A stretch of DNA of 64,000 nt from Candidatus Latescibacterota bacterium. GTDB taxonomy: Bacteria > Latescibacterota > UBA2968 > UBA8231. The position numbers and the translations under genes were made by a program. Shown piece by piece: positions 20,320-30,793 of the stretch. The DNA is taken from the NCBI GenBank assembly GCA_965197905.1, contig CBDAOB010000004.1, positions 960,001 to 1,024,000 on the forward strand, in the 5' to 3' direction. The notes beneath the pieces are model-generated. The model had not been told where the DNA came from and searched no databases. It was given only the letters and a program-made list of their open reading frames with translations. Position 1 is the first letter of the stretch; each line of letters opens with the position of its first letter.

Positions 20320-20736
20320 GCAGCCCGTGGTGAAGGGCGCTTTGTTGGGAGGCCTAAAGGGATGAAAGTGCCGGTGACGGCTCGAAAAGAACCGAAAGAC
20401 GCGACACCGAACTATCGATGCCGCGATTTCGTATTCTATTTTCTGCGCTAGCTGGGAGCGCTGACTAGTAAAGTCACCGTGACTTCTCGAGCGCCTCCAG
20501 CGTCTCCTCCGTCTCGCCCTACGCTTCCACGGGCAACGCGATCGGCGGGGTTCTAGTCTTACCACCGCGTTATGCTTGCCGGCCACCTGGATGCGTCGTG
20601 GTCGGCTTCGTCTGGGTCGCGTTTCGAGAGGTGGAGGGCTACGGCGTGAGCATTGCTGAGATCAACGACATCGCCCGCCGCTTGATCTGAGATTATTATC
20701 GCTGTACTGAATAACGTACTGACAAAGGGGTAGGTT

Positions 20737-21621
20737 GTGATCGATCGGCACGTGGAACCGGAAGTTGCAGTCGACATGCCAGCGATTGTCGGCGAAGGCC
20801 CAATCTGGGACGCGGATGAGCAGGTACTCTACTGGGTAGACATTCTGAGTGCGCTCGTATGCATTTACAATCCACAAAGCGGGAAGAATCGCACGATCGA
20901 CGTGGGCCAAGCGGTGGGCACTGTCGTGCCCCGGTCAAGCGGCGGCCTCATGCTGGCCCTGCACAACGGCTTCTCGGCTCTCGACTTGGAAACCGAAAAG
21001 CTAACCCCCATCGCCGATCCGGAGCGGGAGATTTCCGCCAACCGATTCAATGACGGAAAGTGCGATCCGGCTGGCCGCTTCTGGGCTGGTACCATGGAGT
21101 TCGAGGGCAAGCCTGACCAGGGGGCGCTTTACTGTCTCGAACTAGATCATTCCATGTCGCAAAAGTTATCTCCCGTGACCATCTCAAACGGCATCGTCTG
21201 GAGTCACGATGCGCGCACCATGTATTATATCGATTCGGGAAGCAACAATGTCCGGGCGTGGGACTACGACCTAGACACCGGGGATATCAGGAACGAGCGT
21301 GTTGTCATCGACAACAAGGCCGGCGGTGTCTTCGATGGCATGACCATCGACGAAGAGGGCAAGCTGTGGATCGCGGTGCCCTTCGATTCCTCTGTGCGTC
21401 GCTACGATCCCAACAACGGGGCCCTGCTGGAAAGTCTGCGGCTGCCAGTCTCCCTGCCATCGGCATGCGCCTTCGGCGGCCCCGATCTGGATGACCTCTA
21501 CGTCACCTCGATCCGGCCGGGGCAAGGCAAAGAACCGTGGGATCACGAACCCCTCGCCGGTTCCCTGCTGCGCGTGACGATGGACGCTCGTGGTGTGCCC
21601 GCGTTCAAATACGGGGGGTAA
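20737..21621 (+). CDS. SMP-30/gluconolactonase/LRE family protein
   Basis: GEGPIWD, RFNDGKCDPAGRFWAG, ISNGIVWS, DGMTID and CAFGG. Confidence 0.92.
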   Translation: MIDRHVEPEVAVDMPAIVGEGPIWDADEQVLYWVDILSALVCIYNPQSGKNRTIDVGQAVGTVVPRSSGGLMLALHNGFSALDLETEKLTPIADPEREISANRFNDGKCDPAGRFWAGTMEFEGKPDQGALYCLELDHSMSQKLSPVTISNGIVWSHDARTMYYIDSGSNNVRAWDYDLDTGDIRNERVVIDNKAGGVFDGMTIDEEGKLWIAVPFDSSVRRYDPNNGALLESLRLPVSLPSACAFGGPDLDDLYVTSIRPGQGKEPWDHEPLAGSLLRVTMDARGVPAFKYGG

Positions 21622-21624
21622 CAC

Positions 21625-22386
21625 TTATTGGGCCACGTAACCACCGTCGATGACCATGGTGTGTCCAGTGACAAACGATGCCGCATCTGAGCACAGCCAT
21701 ACCACTGACTCAGCGATCTCCGTGGACTTTCCGATACGACCGATTGGGTGAGATGAATTCAGATGTGCTTCGACTTGGGAACCGCTAGCTATTGCAGACT
21801 CCGTCAGCGGCGTGTCGATGAAACCTGGACAGACGGCGTTGATGTTGATTCCCTCTTTCGAATATGACAGTGCAGCCGATTTGGTTAACCCAACCACGCC
21901 ATGCTTGCTGGCAGTATACCCCGCGTTTGCCGTGCCAACCAAACCCATCACCGACGCCACATTGACGATGGCACCACCGTCTTGCTGTAACATTTGACGA
22001 ATTTCATACTTCATGCACAGCCAAACGCCCGTCAAGTTGACACTGATCACCTCGTGCCACGCATCCTCCGAGTAATCCGCCGCGGGCGTCCCGAACGCCC
22101 CCGCGATGCCCGCATTGTTGACCGCACAGTCCAGCCTGCCATAGGACTCGACTGCCCTACTCACCATCGCCTGCACCTCCGCTGCCTGAGATACATCAGC
22201 TTTGATAGAGATAGCCTCGCCTCCGGCTTGTTTGATCATCTCTACTGTTTCTTCGCCATCTTCAACGTTCACATCGGCAACGACGACCTTTGCTCCTTCC
22301 CTGAGAAAGGCAAGTGCCGACGCCCTGCCGATTCCCGAACCGCCTCCAGTCACCAGCGCGGCTTTATTTTTTAACTGTCCTGTCAT
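21625..22386 (-). CDS. Short-chain dehydrogenase/reductase
   Basis: TGGGSGIG, NNAG and YTASK. Confidence 0.95.
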   Translation of the reverse strand: MTGQLKNKAALVTGGGSGIGRASALAFLREGAKVVVADVNVEDGEETVEMIKQAGGEAISIKADVSQAAEVQAMVSRAVESYGRLDCAVNNAGIAGAFGTPAADYSEDAWHEVISVNLTGVWLCMKYEIRQMLQQDGGAIVNVASVMGLVGTANAGYTASKHGVVGLTKSAALSYSKEGININAVCPGFIDTPLTESAIASGSQVEAHLNSSHPIGRIGKSTEIAESVVWLCSDAASFVTGHTMVIDGGYVAQ

Positions 22387-22406
22387 TTCTTACCTCCTCG
22401 GCCGCG

Positions 22407-22730
22407 TTACTCTTCCAGGTCAATCTCCAGCGAGAGGATGAGAAAGCTCCACGATTTGCCGTGCGCATCTAGATTGAGCGAACTGTTGACTCCTCCCTCT
22501 AAAGCTTCGGTCATGACGAAGTTCAGCGCATGCAAGTGGTCGATTGCAAAGCGACGAATTTCGCCCTTGAGCAATCGGCCGAACTTCGCTTTCAACACTT
22601 CAGGTGTGACCTGAGCCTTGACCGCCTCGTAATAGCGAGGGTCGAAGACGAACAAGCCCACATTGGAGATATCGCCTTTATCACCAGCGCGGGCATGGGC
22701 AATTTCCCGCAGTTGAACCTGGCGCTTCAT
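22407..22730 (-). CDS. AtuA-related small ferredoxin-fold protein
   Basis: LREIAHARAGDKGD...NFV...ALEGG.NSSL.LD.HGKS; overlaps the stop of the AtuA-like gene. Confidence 0.8.
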   Translation of the reverse strand: MKRQVQLREIAHARAGDKGDISNVGLFVFDPRYYEAVKAQVTPEVLKAKFGRLLKGEIRRFAIDHLHALNFVMTEALEGGVNSSLNLDAHGKSWSFLILSLEIDLEE

Positions 22731-24066
22731 GCTTCCAATACCTCCACGCGAGGTTTGATCGATTCTCTGGGGACAAAAGCTGAGTAGGTGACGACGCAGG
22801 GGTCGATTGTTCCCCGGTAGCCGCCGCCTCCGGCCGAACCGCACGTGAGCAATGAGCAAACCTCCCACAACAGCAGTTCAGTCCGGTCCCGGTCCGGTGT
22901 TCGCAACGTCGCTCGAAGCCGGACATCCTCGGCGGTGCTGGAACGGTCCACCGCCGAACTGTGCAATGCGTTGACTCCAATCAGGTCGATACGCAAATCT
23001 CGGTCGAACTGGTGCACATGTCTCATTCGTTCGGCCACGATCTCACCTGCCAACCTGGCTCGCTCCTGAGCTCCAGGACCGGCATAACTGATCTCGGCTT
23101 CGGCCGCGTAGCCCCCATCAAATGCCACCGTGACTTTCAGCTGATCGGGGCGCGGGTGTCCCCCGGTGCCGCGCACTTCGATTCGATCCGGACCTATCTC
23201 TTGCAACTGCGTGGTGGAGAAATCGGCTACCACATCCGGCGAGATGTAGGCCGCGGGGTCGTGAACCTCGTAGAGTAACTGCTCCTTTGCCGTCTGCAGC
23301 GTCACGCAGCCGCCGGCCTCGGGCACCTTGGTGATTACGGCACTCCCGTCCGGCGAAACCTCCGCCAGCGGAAAACCAACATAGGCCAGGTCTGTTACGC
23401 GTTTCACGCCCGGATCGGCAAAATAGCCTCCAGTGACCTGGGCAGCGCACTCCAGCAGGTGTCCTACCACGGTAGCGCTCCCCAGGCGTGGCCAGTCGTC
23501 CAGACGCCAACCAAAGGTGTGGACCATTGGCGCCACGAAGAGGGAGGGATCGGCGACGCGTCCGGTGATGATTACGGGCACATCCAGATCGAGGCTCGGC
23601 AGTATGGCGTCCACGCCGAGATAGGCATTGGCAGCGATCATGGGAAGGCCCACATCCCCTACAGTGCATCCCAGTTCGGGTAACTCGGTCTCAGAGCTGA
23701 TTAGATGGGAAACGTCGTCTCCTTCAACATAGGCCACGCGAAAAGGAGTCAGACGGAGTTTTTTGGCTATTTCCAGGGTGCGTCGGGCTGCCGCGGGCGA
23801 GTTGGCAACCCCCATATTGGTGATTACGCGCGTGCCGTTTTCGGCGCACAGCGGCAGGACGGCTTCAAAACGCCGTTCCAACCAGGGTGTGTAGCCCTTA
23901 TCCGGATTGCTCTTTCGTTCCTGATGCCCAGTGCCAGAGTGCGTTCGGCAATGCACTCGAAAATGATATAGTCCAGGGCACCTTTTTCTACGAGTTGACG
24001 GGCCGCGTCTACGCGGTCCGCCGAAAATCCGGCGCCGCCACCCAATCGCAACGTCTCGCTTTTCAT
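22727..24066 (-). pseudogene. Acyclic terpene utilization AtuA family protein (DUF1446), frameshifted
   Basis: RLGGGAGFSADR, FECIAERTLA, ITGRVADPSL, GHLLECAAQVTGG and EQLLYEVHDP. One missing base near 23927-23929 splits the ORF. Confidence 0.85.
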
Positions 24067-24393
24067 TGGGCCTGCTTCCCGCGTTGCTTTGCGCCAATGC
24101 CCGGCGACTCTGATCGCCCTTGTGGATGACCGATTCTCATCTGCCAGCAACGATCGTTATTATTAGGTCCCCGTCAACACGATGGCCCTCTTGAGACGGA
24201 GCTTGGTACCGTTGTTCACGATTGACATGCAACCAGTAATAGGTGAGCGTCAACACCTGGCGAACCATTCGTTAGACGAGCAATGTTGGATGGTCGCAGC
24301 CGAGAGACGGGTAGACGGCGGATTCCAGATTAGCTGGAGGATGCCCGGCCGCACACTCGCACCGTAGACTGTTTCGGGAAAGGGGTGAATTCC

Positions 24394-25248
24394 ATGCCAG
24401 GTCAGACTCTCACCATCGACGTGCAAGTCCACGCTTACGAACGGGATCGCCCCGAGCGTCCCTGGAGCGGATCCCTCGCTGGTCCGGAGGAAGTCACCGG
24501 CGACGACATGGTCGCGGTAATGGACGCGGTCGGCGTCGATGGGGCCATTCTGGTGTCGCCGTTCAGCATGTACAGGTACGACGCCAGCTACGCACTCGAG
24601 TTCTACGCGAAACACCCGGGCCGTTTTGGCTTGGTCAAACCCTTCGATCCCGACGCGGAAACGGTCGTCGACGAGGTCGCAGAATGGGCTGAGAGGTCCG
24701 GTGTCGTCGGAGCCCGCCTCATGCTGACAGCTGGATCGTTCGAAGCGGACGATCCCGGTGTTCATCGAATTCTCACTGCCTGTGCGACCGCCGGTATTCC
24801 GTTGAACGTCCTCGGTGCGGGGAAGCTGCCGCTGCTCTTGGAGCTGGCTCGCCGCCATCCCGACACGCGGATCGTGGTCGATCATCTGGGTCTCCACCAG
24901 CCATTCGACCCGCCGGTACCTCCCGACCCGTTTTCCGATCTGGCCAACGTGTTGGCGCTCGCCGAATGCGACAACGTGGCCATCAAGGTCTCCGGCGCCT
25001 GCACTCTGTCGCACGACCCCTTCCCCTACGCCGACATCTGGGATCCCCTGCAGAGGATATTCGAGGCGTTCGGGTTCGACCGCTGCATGTGGGGCACGGA
25101 CTGGACCCGGGCGGTGAACCTGTTGACCTATGAGCAGGGCGTCGAGGCGTTTCGGGTGACCGGGCACCTGTCTGAGTCGGAGCGGTCCGCCCTCATGGGC
25201 GAAAGCCTGGCGAGGATCTACAACTGGTCCCCCGAGACAGGAGGATAG
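24394..25248 (+). CDS. Amidohydrolase_2 family protein
   Basis: IDVQVH, VVDHLG, AIKVSG and RCMWGTDW. Confidence 0.85.
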   Translation: MPGQTLTIDVQVHAYERDRPERPWSGSLAGPEEVTGDDMVAVMDAVGVDGAILVSPFSMYRYDASYALEFYAKHPGRFGLVKPFDPDAETVVDEVAEWAERSGVVGARLMLTAGSFEADDPGVHRILTACATAGIPLNVLGAGKLPLLLELARRHPDTRIVVDHLGLHQPFDPPVPPDPFSDLANVLALAECDNVAIKVSGACTLSHDPFPYADIWDPLQRIFEAFGFDRCMWGTDWTRAVNLLTYEQGVEAFRVTGHLSESERSALMGESLARIYNWSPETGG

Positions 25249-25264
25249 ACTGACCGAAAGTACT

Positions 25265-25782
25265 ATGGCTGAAACAGGAAACGCACGACTACCGGGCGCA
25301 CCATTTGGCATTGATATATCGCGCTACCGGCGGCACCGCGTACCGCTACAGCAAGGATGGCCAGTGGACGGGACCGGAGATCGGCCGGATCGAATTCAAC
25401 GGCTCGACGGCCAACAACCTGGTGTGCGATCAATGCGTCGGCCCCGTCATGCGCGCCTTACAGGTGCGGCATCGAAGCGGACAACGAAGGTCGTTTCACC
25501 CTGCCGACTCAAAAACGTCGACGCACGAATTGCGCCTTAATTACCGATGCGACAACGGCGGCTGGATAAAGGTGGAGTTGCGCAACAAGGTGCCATCCCG
25601 CAAGTATCCCGACGGCGAAGGAACTCCCGGATTGACGTTCGAGGATTGCGACTGGATCTACGGCGACGAGGGTGACAGGCTGGTGACCTGGAATGGCAAG
25701 AGCGATATTTCAGCGGTCGGAGAGACGGTGGTGATCCGCATCCGAATGTTTCGCGCCAAGGGTTTTTGCCTACAAGATTTAG
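25265..25782 (+). pseudogene. Heavily deleted paralog of the 61653-63242 beta-propeller protein
   Basis: SKDGQW..PEIGRIEFNGSTANNLV, CGIEADNEGRFTLPT and ELRLNYRC..GGWIKVEL...VTWNGKSDI...IRIRMF correspond to N- and C-terminal parts of 61653; several frameshifts. Confidence 0.8.
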
Positions 25783-25813
25783 ACTTTCGCCACCTACGCG
25801 AGGAGAGCCTGCC

Positions 25814-26671
25814 ATGAATCCGACCCCACAGGAATTGAAACGGGGCAAGCTGACAAAAAAGAAACTCGCGCAGGCGGTGGCAAGGATCGACGAAGAGGGC
25901 TACGTCGTGCTGGAGAAGGCGGTGCCAACGACGCTCTTGAAGGAGATTCGCGATGCCATGGATTCCGTACACAGGCAACATTTCAAGGCGCATCCCGGCG
26001 CCACGAAGAACGCAAATTCGTTGGGCAAGAGTCGGGGGATCTTCAACGTCCGGCCCCCGAAAGAGATGCCGTTCATGGAACCGCTGGTGGTGGCGAATCC
26101 GTTCGTCGTGCAGATCTTGGGGCAGGTGCTTGGACCTGATATGTTCTGCGCTTCGTACAATACCAACAACTCGTGGCCCGGTTCGAGGGTGCAGCACGTG
26201 CATCGCGACCAGGATCCTCTGTTCGAGAATCTACCCCATCCGCTGCCTCCGTCGGCGGTGACGGCCAGTATTCCCCTGGTCCCCTTCACCGAGCAGACAG
26301 GCGCCACCGAGATCTGGCCGGGAACGCACCTCTACACGGGACCGTATCCTGGGGCCGTACCGAGCTTTGATCCGGTAGCGGGGGACAGAACCTCTTGCAG
26401 AATGCTGGCTTCGTGGGGGAGCATCGTACTGCGGGATGGGCGGATGTGGCATCGCGGCATGCCCAACAAGACCAAGAAAGTGCGCACCATGCTGTCGCTG
26501 GTGTACCGCCGCCCTTTCCACACCCGCGACCAATCTATGGGTATTCGCCACGAGGTCTGGAATCACATCCCCGAAAGGCCGGCAGCTCTTTCGGTTCAGC
26601 CCGGTAAACGACTAGCAGGCTCGTGTAGGACCCCATTCCACACTGACAGCATGAACATTTGTAGGTCTTGA
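25814..26671 (+). CDS. PhyH-family dioxygenase (probable C-terminal frameshift)
   Basis: EGYVVL, QHVHRD, IWPGTH and MWHRGMPN...RTML. The natural end is probably QLFRFSPVND* at 26615 in another frame. Confidence 0.85.
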   Translation: MNPTPQELKRGKLTKKKLAQAVARIDEEGYVVLEKAVPTTLLKEIRDAMDSVHRQHFKAHPGATKNANSLGKSRGIFNVRPPKEMPFMEPLVVANPFVVQILGQVLGPDMFCASYNTNNSWPGSRVQHVHRDQDPLFENLPHPLPPSAVTASIPLVPFTEQTGATEIWPGTHLYTGPYPGAVPSFDPVAGDRTSCRMLASWGSIVLRDGRMWHRGMPNKTKKVRTMLSLVYRRPFHTRDQSMGIRHEVWNHIPERPAALSVQPGKRLAGSCRTPFHTDSMNICRS

Positions 26672-26709
26672 CGCGTCGAACGGGGTTCAGAAGTAGGTCA
26701 GGAAAGAAG

Positions 26710-27546
26710 ATGTTCATCGTTGACGCGCATCCGCACATCTATTCACCAGACAGGGTGAAGTACCCGACGATTCCCGAGCCGTGGGAGCCCGGAGAGCCGG
26801 CCGCGGTCCAGGACCTGAAACGCCGGATGGACGACGCCGGCGTTGCGCGGGCCGTGTTTATCCAGACCGGCACCTTCTACGGCCACGACAACCGCTACGT
26901 CATGGACTCGGCACACGCCCATAGAGAATGGGCCACTGGTGTCGTCACCCTGCGTCCCGATGACCCTTCACACCTGGACGTTTTGGAAGACGCCGTTGCC
27001 AACTACGGCGTTCGCGGCCTGCGCGGAAGCGCAGATGCGATCGGCCGCATTTCCTCTCCGGGTGTCTATCGGCTGTGGACCAAGGCGCGCGATCTGGGAA
27101 TTGTCGTCAACTGCATGGTCCTGGACGATCTCGACCGTGTGCCTGAGATCGAGAAGATTGCTGCGGATCTGGACGACCTGCGCATCGTCATCGACCACTG
27201 CTTCATGCTGAACACGCGGCACAACACCGAGCCGACCCTCGCCGCGTTGAAACGCCTGTCCGGCCGGCCGAACATCTACGCCAAGCTGACGCCCGGCACT
27301 CACGGCTCGTATCGCGTCTATCCACATCCGGACATGCACGAGCCGTTGAAGCGCGTCATCGAACACTTCGGTCCTGATAGATGCGTGTGGGGCTCCAATT
27401 TTCCCAACGCCCTGTGGTCCAAAGGCACCAGTTACAAACAGAACCTGACCTTGTTCACCGAGGAGCTGGGCCTCTCGAAGGAAGAGCAGAACGCCATCCT
27501 TAGCGCCACCGCGTTGCGACTGTGGTTTCCGGAAGAGTCAGCGTAG
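26710..27546 (+). CDS. Amidohydrolase_2 family protein
   Basis: IVDAHPH, VIDHC, NIYAK and RCVWGSNFP. Confidence 0.85.
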   Translation: MFIVDAHPHIYSPDRVKYPTIPEPWEPGEPAAVQDLKRRMDDAGVARAVFIQTGTFYGHDNRYVMDSAHAHREWATGVVTLRPDDPSHLDVLEDAVANYGVRGLRGSADAIGRISSPGVYRLWTKARDLGIVVNCMVLDDLDRVPEIEKIAADLDDLRIVIDHCFMLNTRHNTEPTLAALKRLSGRPNIYAKLTPGTHGSYRVYPHPDMHEPLKRVIEHFGPDRCVWGSNFPNALWSKGTSYKQNLTLFTEELGLSKEEQNAILSATALRLWFPEESA

Positions 27547-27708
27547 CCACACGGCAATCGAGATCCTCGCCTCGGGGCCGGCTCCACACCAAGGCCGGCT
27601 TCGCGCGGCAGCAGATGGATCTGGACGTTTAGCATGGATGGACCTCACCTGACGCTCGTGGATGCAACCAGCCCCGTTTAATTGTCGCGAAAGGAGAGCT
27701 CAATTAGA

Positions 27709-28482
27709 ATGAAGCTTGACACACAACCGCAGCCCCAAGAAGTGTGGTCTCGCAACCGGATTCCCATCAGGATCAGGTCAGCAGCCCTGACCATGATAGA
27801 TAATCAGAATATGTTTTGTACGCCTGAAGGCGCTATGATACGATCGCATCTGAAAATAGGAAGTAGCGAACGCAGAGAGGCGATTTTGGCGTATCTAGAT
27901 CGGGTTGCCCGGATACAGTTACCTAACACCCAGCGGTTGCTTGCCTTCTACCGCAAACACAGCTTGCCTATCATTCACGTGATGACCGGCTGTTGGGGGC
28001 CCGACTATCGCGAATTTCCTCCCAATTTCAGAGCCTGCATCCTGGACATCGAACACCGAGCCGGCATGAGTCTCAACTACTATTTTGGCACCTGGGATAC
28101 GCAAATCGTCGATGAGCTTACCCCGCGGGTGGGTGAGGCGATCGTCCGCAAGCGAGGATCGTCGGCCTTTGCCACTTCGGATATTGACTGGGTGTTGCAC
28201 AGCTGGGGGATAAAAGCTATGGTGATGACCGGCAATGGTACCGGGGGGTGCGTTTGGGCAACGGCTTTCGAGGCTTCGGAACGGGGATACGGTATTGTTG
28301 CCCTAGCGGATGTCGTTGATTCCCCCGCACCACTCGACAAGCAAAAGCCTGCCTGGGAGCGCCTTCATAGCATAGGTCAGGTTTGTACCACCGAGGAGCT
28401 CATTGCTGACTTCACCCGCCAGCTTGATGAGAACCAGCCCGGACCGACACCGTCGATGCAGGAACGAGAACATGAATCTTGA
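27709..28482 (+). CDS. Isochorismatase/cysteine hydrolase family protein
   Basis: ALTMIDNQN (Asp), VRKRGSSAF (Lys) and TGGCVWAT (Cys) catalytic triad. Confidence 0.85.
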   Translation: MKLDTQPQPQEVWSRNRIPIRIRSAALTMIDNQNMFCTPEGAMIRSHLKIGSSERREAILAYLDRVARIQLPNTQRLLAFYRKHSLPIIHVMTGCWGPDYREFPPNFRACILDIEHRAGMSLNYYFGTWDTQIVDELTPRVGEAIVRKRGSSAFATSDIDWVLHSWGIKAMVMTGNGTGGCVWATAFEASERGYGIVALADVVDSPAPLDKQKPAWERLHSIGQVCTTEELIADFTRQLDENQPGPTPSMQEREHES

Positions 28483-29602
28483 CTGGATTCGTGCATACAT
28501 GGGGGATGAGGGATTGGATGCTGTCATCCCAGTAAATCTGCAGACGGCCGCCTATGCCAGCGGTGCCCATAATCCATTATCGATGCATTGGCAGGATCAG
28601 GAATTACCCAGCTTTACCGTGTTCCCCCGGGTCGGGGATCCGTTTGCCGTAATGGGTAATGCTAAATGGTTAGAGGGCTCACGCCGTCCGTGGTGGATCA
28701 ATGAAGTCTATCAAGGAGGTTGGCGAACCTCTGAAGCGGTGGAAAGGCTGGCCGTGATTCTTAGAGAACGCGGGTTGGACCAGGCTACTCTGGGACTTGA
28801 TTTGGAATCAGCGCCGGTGTCGCTGGTGAACGAGCTGCACCGGCATTTACCTGCCATTCAAGTGCGCGACGCCAGTCTGTTGTTTCATCAATTGCGCGCG
28901 GTAAAGACAGAAAAGGAAGTTGGGTTTCACCAGAAGGCCCTGGCAGCCCTGGAAACTGCCGTTGAGGAAATGCGGAGCAATTTGAAGGCCGGTCGACTGG
29001 TCAGTGACTTGATGCGAAGGTTCCGCGAATTGGTGACCGTCGAAGGGGGTGCCGAGTTTGACGGGGCGGATCTCAATCCGGTCCTGCCGGATGGGAGCAA
29101 AGGAGAAGCTATTCATGCTCATACCTTGTCTACCGAGTGGTTCGATCCGCCGACCGTTTCCGAGCAAACCATTGAACCCGGTCGCGTCCTGACCATGGAC
29201 CTTATTTCTTCGTATCAGGGATACCACGCTGATGTGAGGGCAAACCTCTGTCTCGGCGAGCCAGAGAATGGCATGGCCCAATGTTGTGATCTGGATGCGG
29301 CGGTGTACCACATCCTGTGTTCTAACGTTAGACCCGGGGTATCTACCAGTGAGTGCCACGCCCTTTGTCGGGAGGAGATAGAGAAGGCAGGTTACACGAG
29401 GTATTGGTCCATTCACGGGATTGGTCTAACTGTTCATGAAGAACCGATGCTTGGCAACCGCCAGACACCGCGTCCGGAGATGCAATTTGAAGTTGGTAAC
29501 GTGTTGTCCATTGAATCTCAGTTTCATGAAAGTATGTATGTCCTCCGTGAGGACGGCCTACAACGACTAGGCTCATTACCCCCTGGCGTTATGAGTGCCT
29601 GA
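28472..29602 (+). CDS. M24 family (Xaa-Pro/creatinase-like) metallopeptidase
   Basis: LRAVKTEKE, MDL...GYHADV, HGIGLTVHEEP and LSIE. Confidence 0.85.
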   Translation: MNLDWIRAYMGDEGLDAVIPVNLQTAAYASGAHNPLSMHWQDQELPSFTVFPRVGDPFAVMGNAKWLEGSRRPWWINEVYQGGWRTSEAVERLAVILRERGLDQATLGLDLESAPVSLVNELHRHLPAIQVRDASLLFHQLRAVKTEKEVGFHQKALAALETAVEEMRSNLKAGRLVSDLMRRFRELVTVEGGAEFDGADLNPVLPDGSKGEAIHAHTLSTEWFDPPTVSEQTIEPGRVLTMDLISSYQGYHADVRANLCLGEPENGMAQCCDLDAAVYHILCSNVRPGVSTSECHALCREEIEKAGYTRYWSIHGIGLTVHEEPMLGNRQTPRPEMQFEVGNVLSIESQFHESMYVLREDGLQRLGSLPPGVMSA

Positions 29603-29615
29603 GATGGAGGTGCTG

Positions 29616-30467
29616 ATGTACCTGACCGAACAACAGAAAAGGTTCTTCGAAACTTTCGGCTATTTGAGTTTCCCCGGTCTGTTTGCTTCCGAAGCCGAGG
29701 CCATCACTCAAGCTTTCGAGGAGGTGTGGGCGGAGTACGGCGGGGGCCACTATCAACGTCCCCACGACCATCAACAGCGCTCATCGCTGCTGCCTTTCAT
29801 CGACCAGCACCCCTACCTGTGCGCCCTGCTCGACGACGAGCGCATCGAAGGCGTCGCCGCCGATCTGTTGGGCGAAGACTTCAACTATATGTCCAGCGAC
29901 GGGAATTTCTACGTCGGCAATACTAACTGGCATTCCGACGGCTACGACCGCTCCCCAGGCTACCGCTCCATCAAGATAGCGTTCTACCTCGACCCCGTGG
30001 GGCGCCACAGTGGCTGCCTCCGCGTCATTCCGGGCAGTCACAATATGGGCGACGCTTTCGCCGATGCGGTCCACGAGGTGATGCCCACCGGGAGAGTGGA
30101 CTGCACTGAGGAAATCTGGGACGTCGGCGGCAACGACGTACCGGCTCAGGCGCTGGAGACCGAGCCCGGCGACATGGTGGTTTTCAACCACCGGCTGAAG
30201 CACGCCTCCTACGGCGGCAGCACGAGCCGGCGCATGTTCACGATCAATCTGCAACAGCGTTTCAGCGGAGAAGACGAGGAAATGCTGCGCGCCAGCGTCG
30301 GCGCCCTGGCTCGCCATTGGGCCGACAGCGCTTACGGTCCCAAGATGCTGGAGACTGCCGGCCCGGGCCGCATGCGCCACCTGGAACAGCGCCTGGCCCA
30401 CGACGACCACCTGCCCGCGCTGGTCGCCGAGGCGCGGCGGGACACGAGCGAACCCAGCCGTCACTAA
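29616..30467 (+). CDS. PhyH-family dioxygenase
   Basis: FFETFGYL, WHSD, VIPGSH, PGDMVVF and KHAS..RRMF; GGAGG RBS. Confidence 0.9.
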   Translation: MYLTEQQKRFFETFGYLSFPGLFASEAEAITQAFEEVWAEYGGGHYQRPHDHQQRSSLLPFIDQHPYLCALLDDERIEGVAADLLGEDFNYMSSDGNFYVGNTNWHSDGYDRSPGYRSIKIAFYLDPVGRHSGCLRVIPGSHNMGDAFADAVHEVMPTGRVDCTEEIWDVGGNDVPAQALETEPGDMVVFNHRLKHASYGGSTSRRMFTINLQQRFSGEDEEMLRASVGALARHWADSAYGPKMLETAGPGRMRHLEQRLAHDDHLPALVAEARRDTSEPSRH

Positions 30468-30564
30468 GCTGTTCGATCACAGCCAGATACCCAACCGCAG
30501 CGCTTGATCGGTCCGCGGGTCCGCGGGTGAAGCATACTTGTGCCGCGTGACCGCAGCGTCTAGA

Positions 30565-30684
30565 GCCCCTTCAGGAACCGAAATCGACGCCCTTTCCCCG
30601 TCGCGCACCGCCAAACGACCCAACCTGTTCACAAAACCGCTGGCTTGTTGCTACTACCGATAATACCGTTTATTCGCCCTATCC
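30565..30684 (+). mobile_element. Diverged oriIS-like end, copy 7
   Basis: TTCAGGAACCGAAATCGAC and terminal GATAATACCGTTTATTCGCCCTATCC resemble the matching blocks of copy 1. Confidence 0.5.
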
Positions 30685-30793
30685 TTCCTATCCTCTGCAT
30701 CATCACCGTTGATGTAGATGATCCCTGGCGACAACATCGAGTGGCGCTGCTGGGCATACTGCTGCGTCATTAAAACGCAGGAGGTTTCAACAT

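Noticed and set aside
20400..20445. Possible further oriIS remnant (AACTATCGAT...TTCGTATTCTAT)
   Set aside because: Only about 10 contiguous bases match and the terminus is not conserved; too weak to call.
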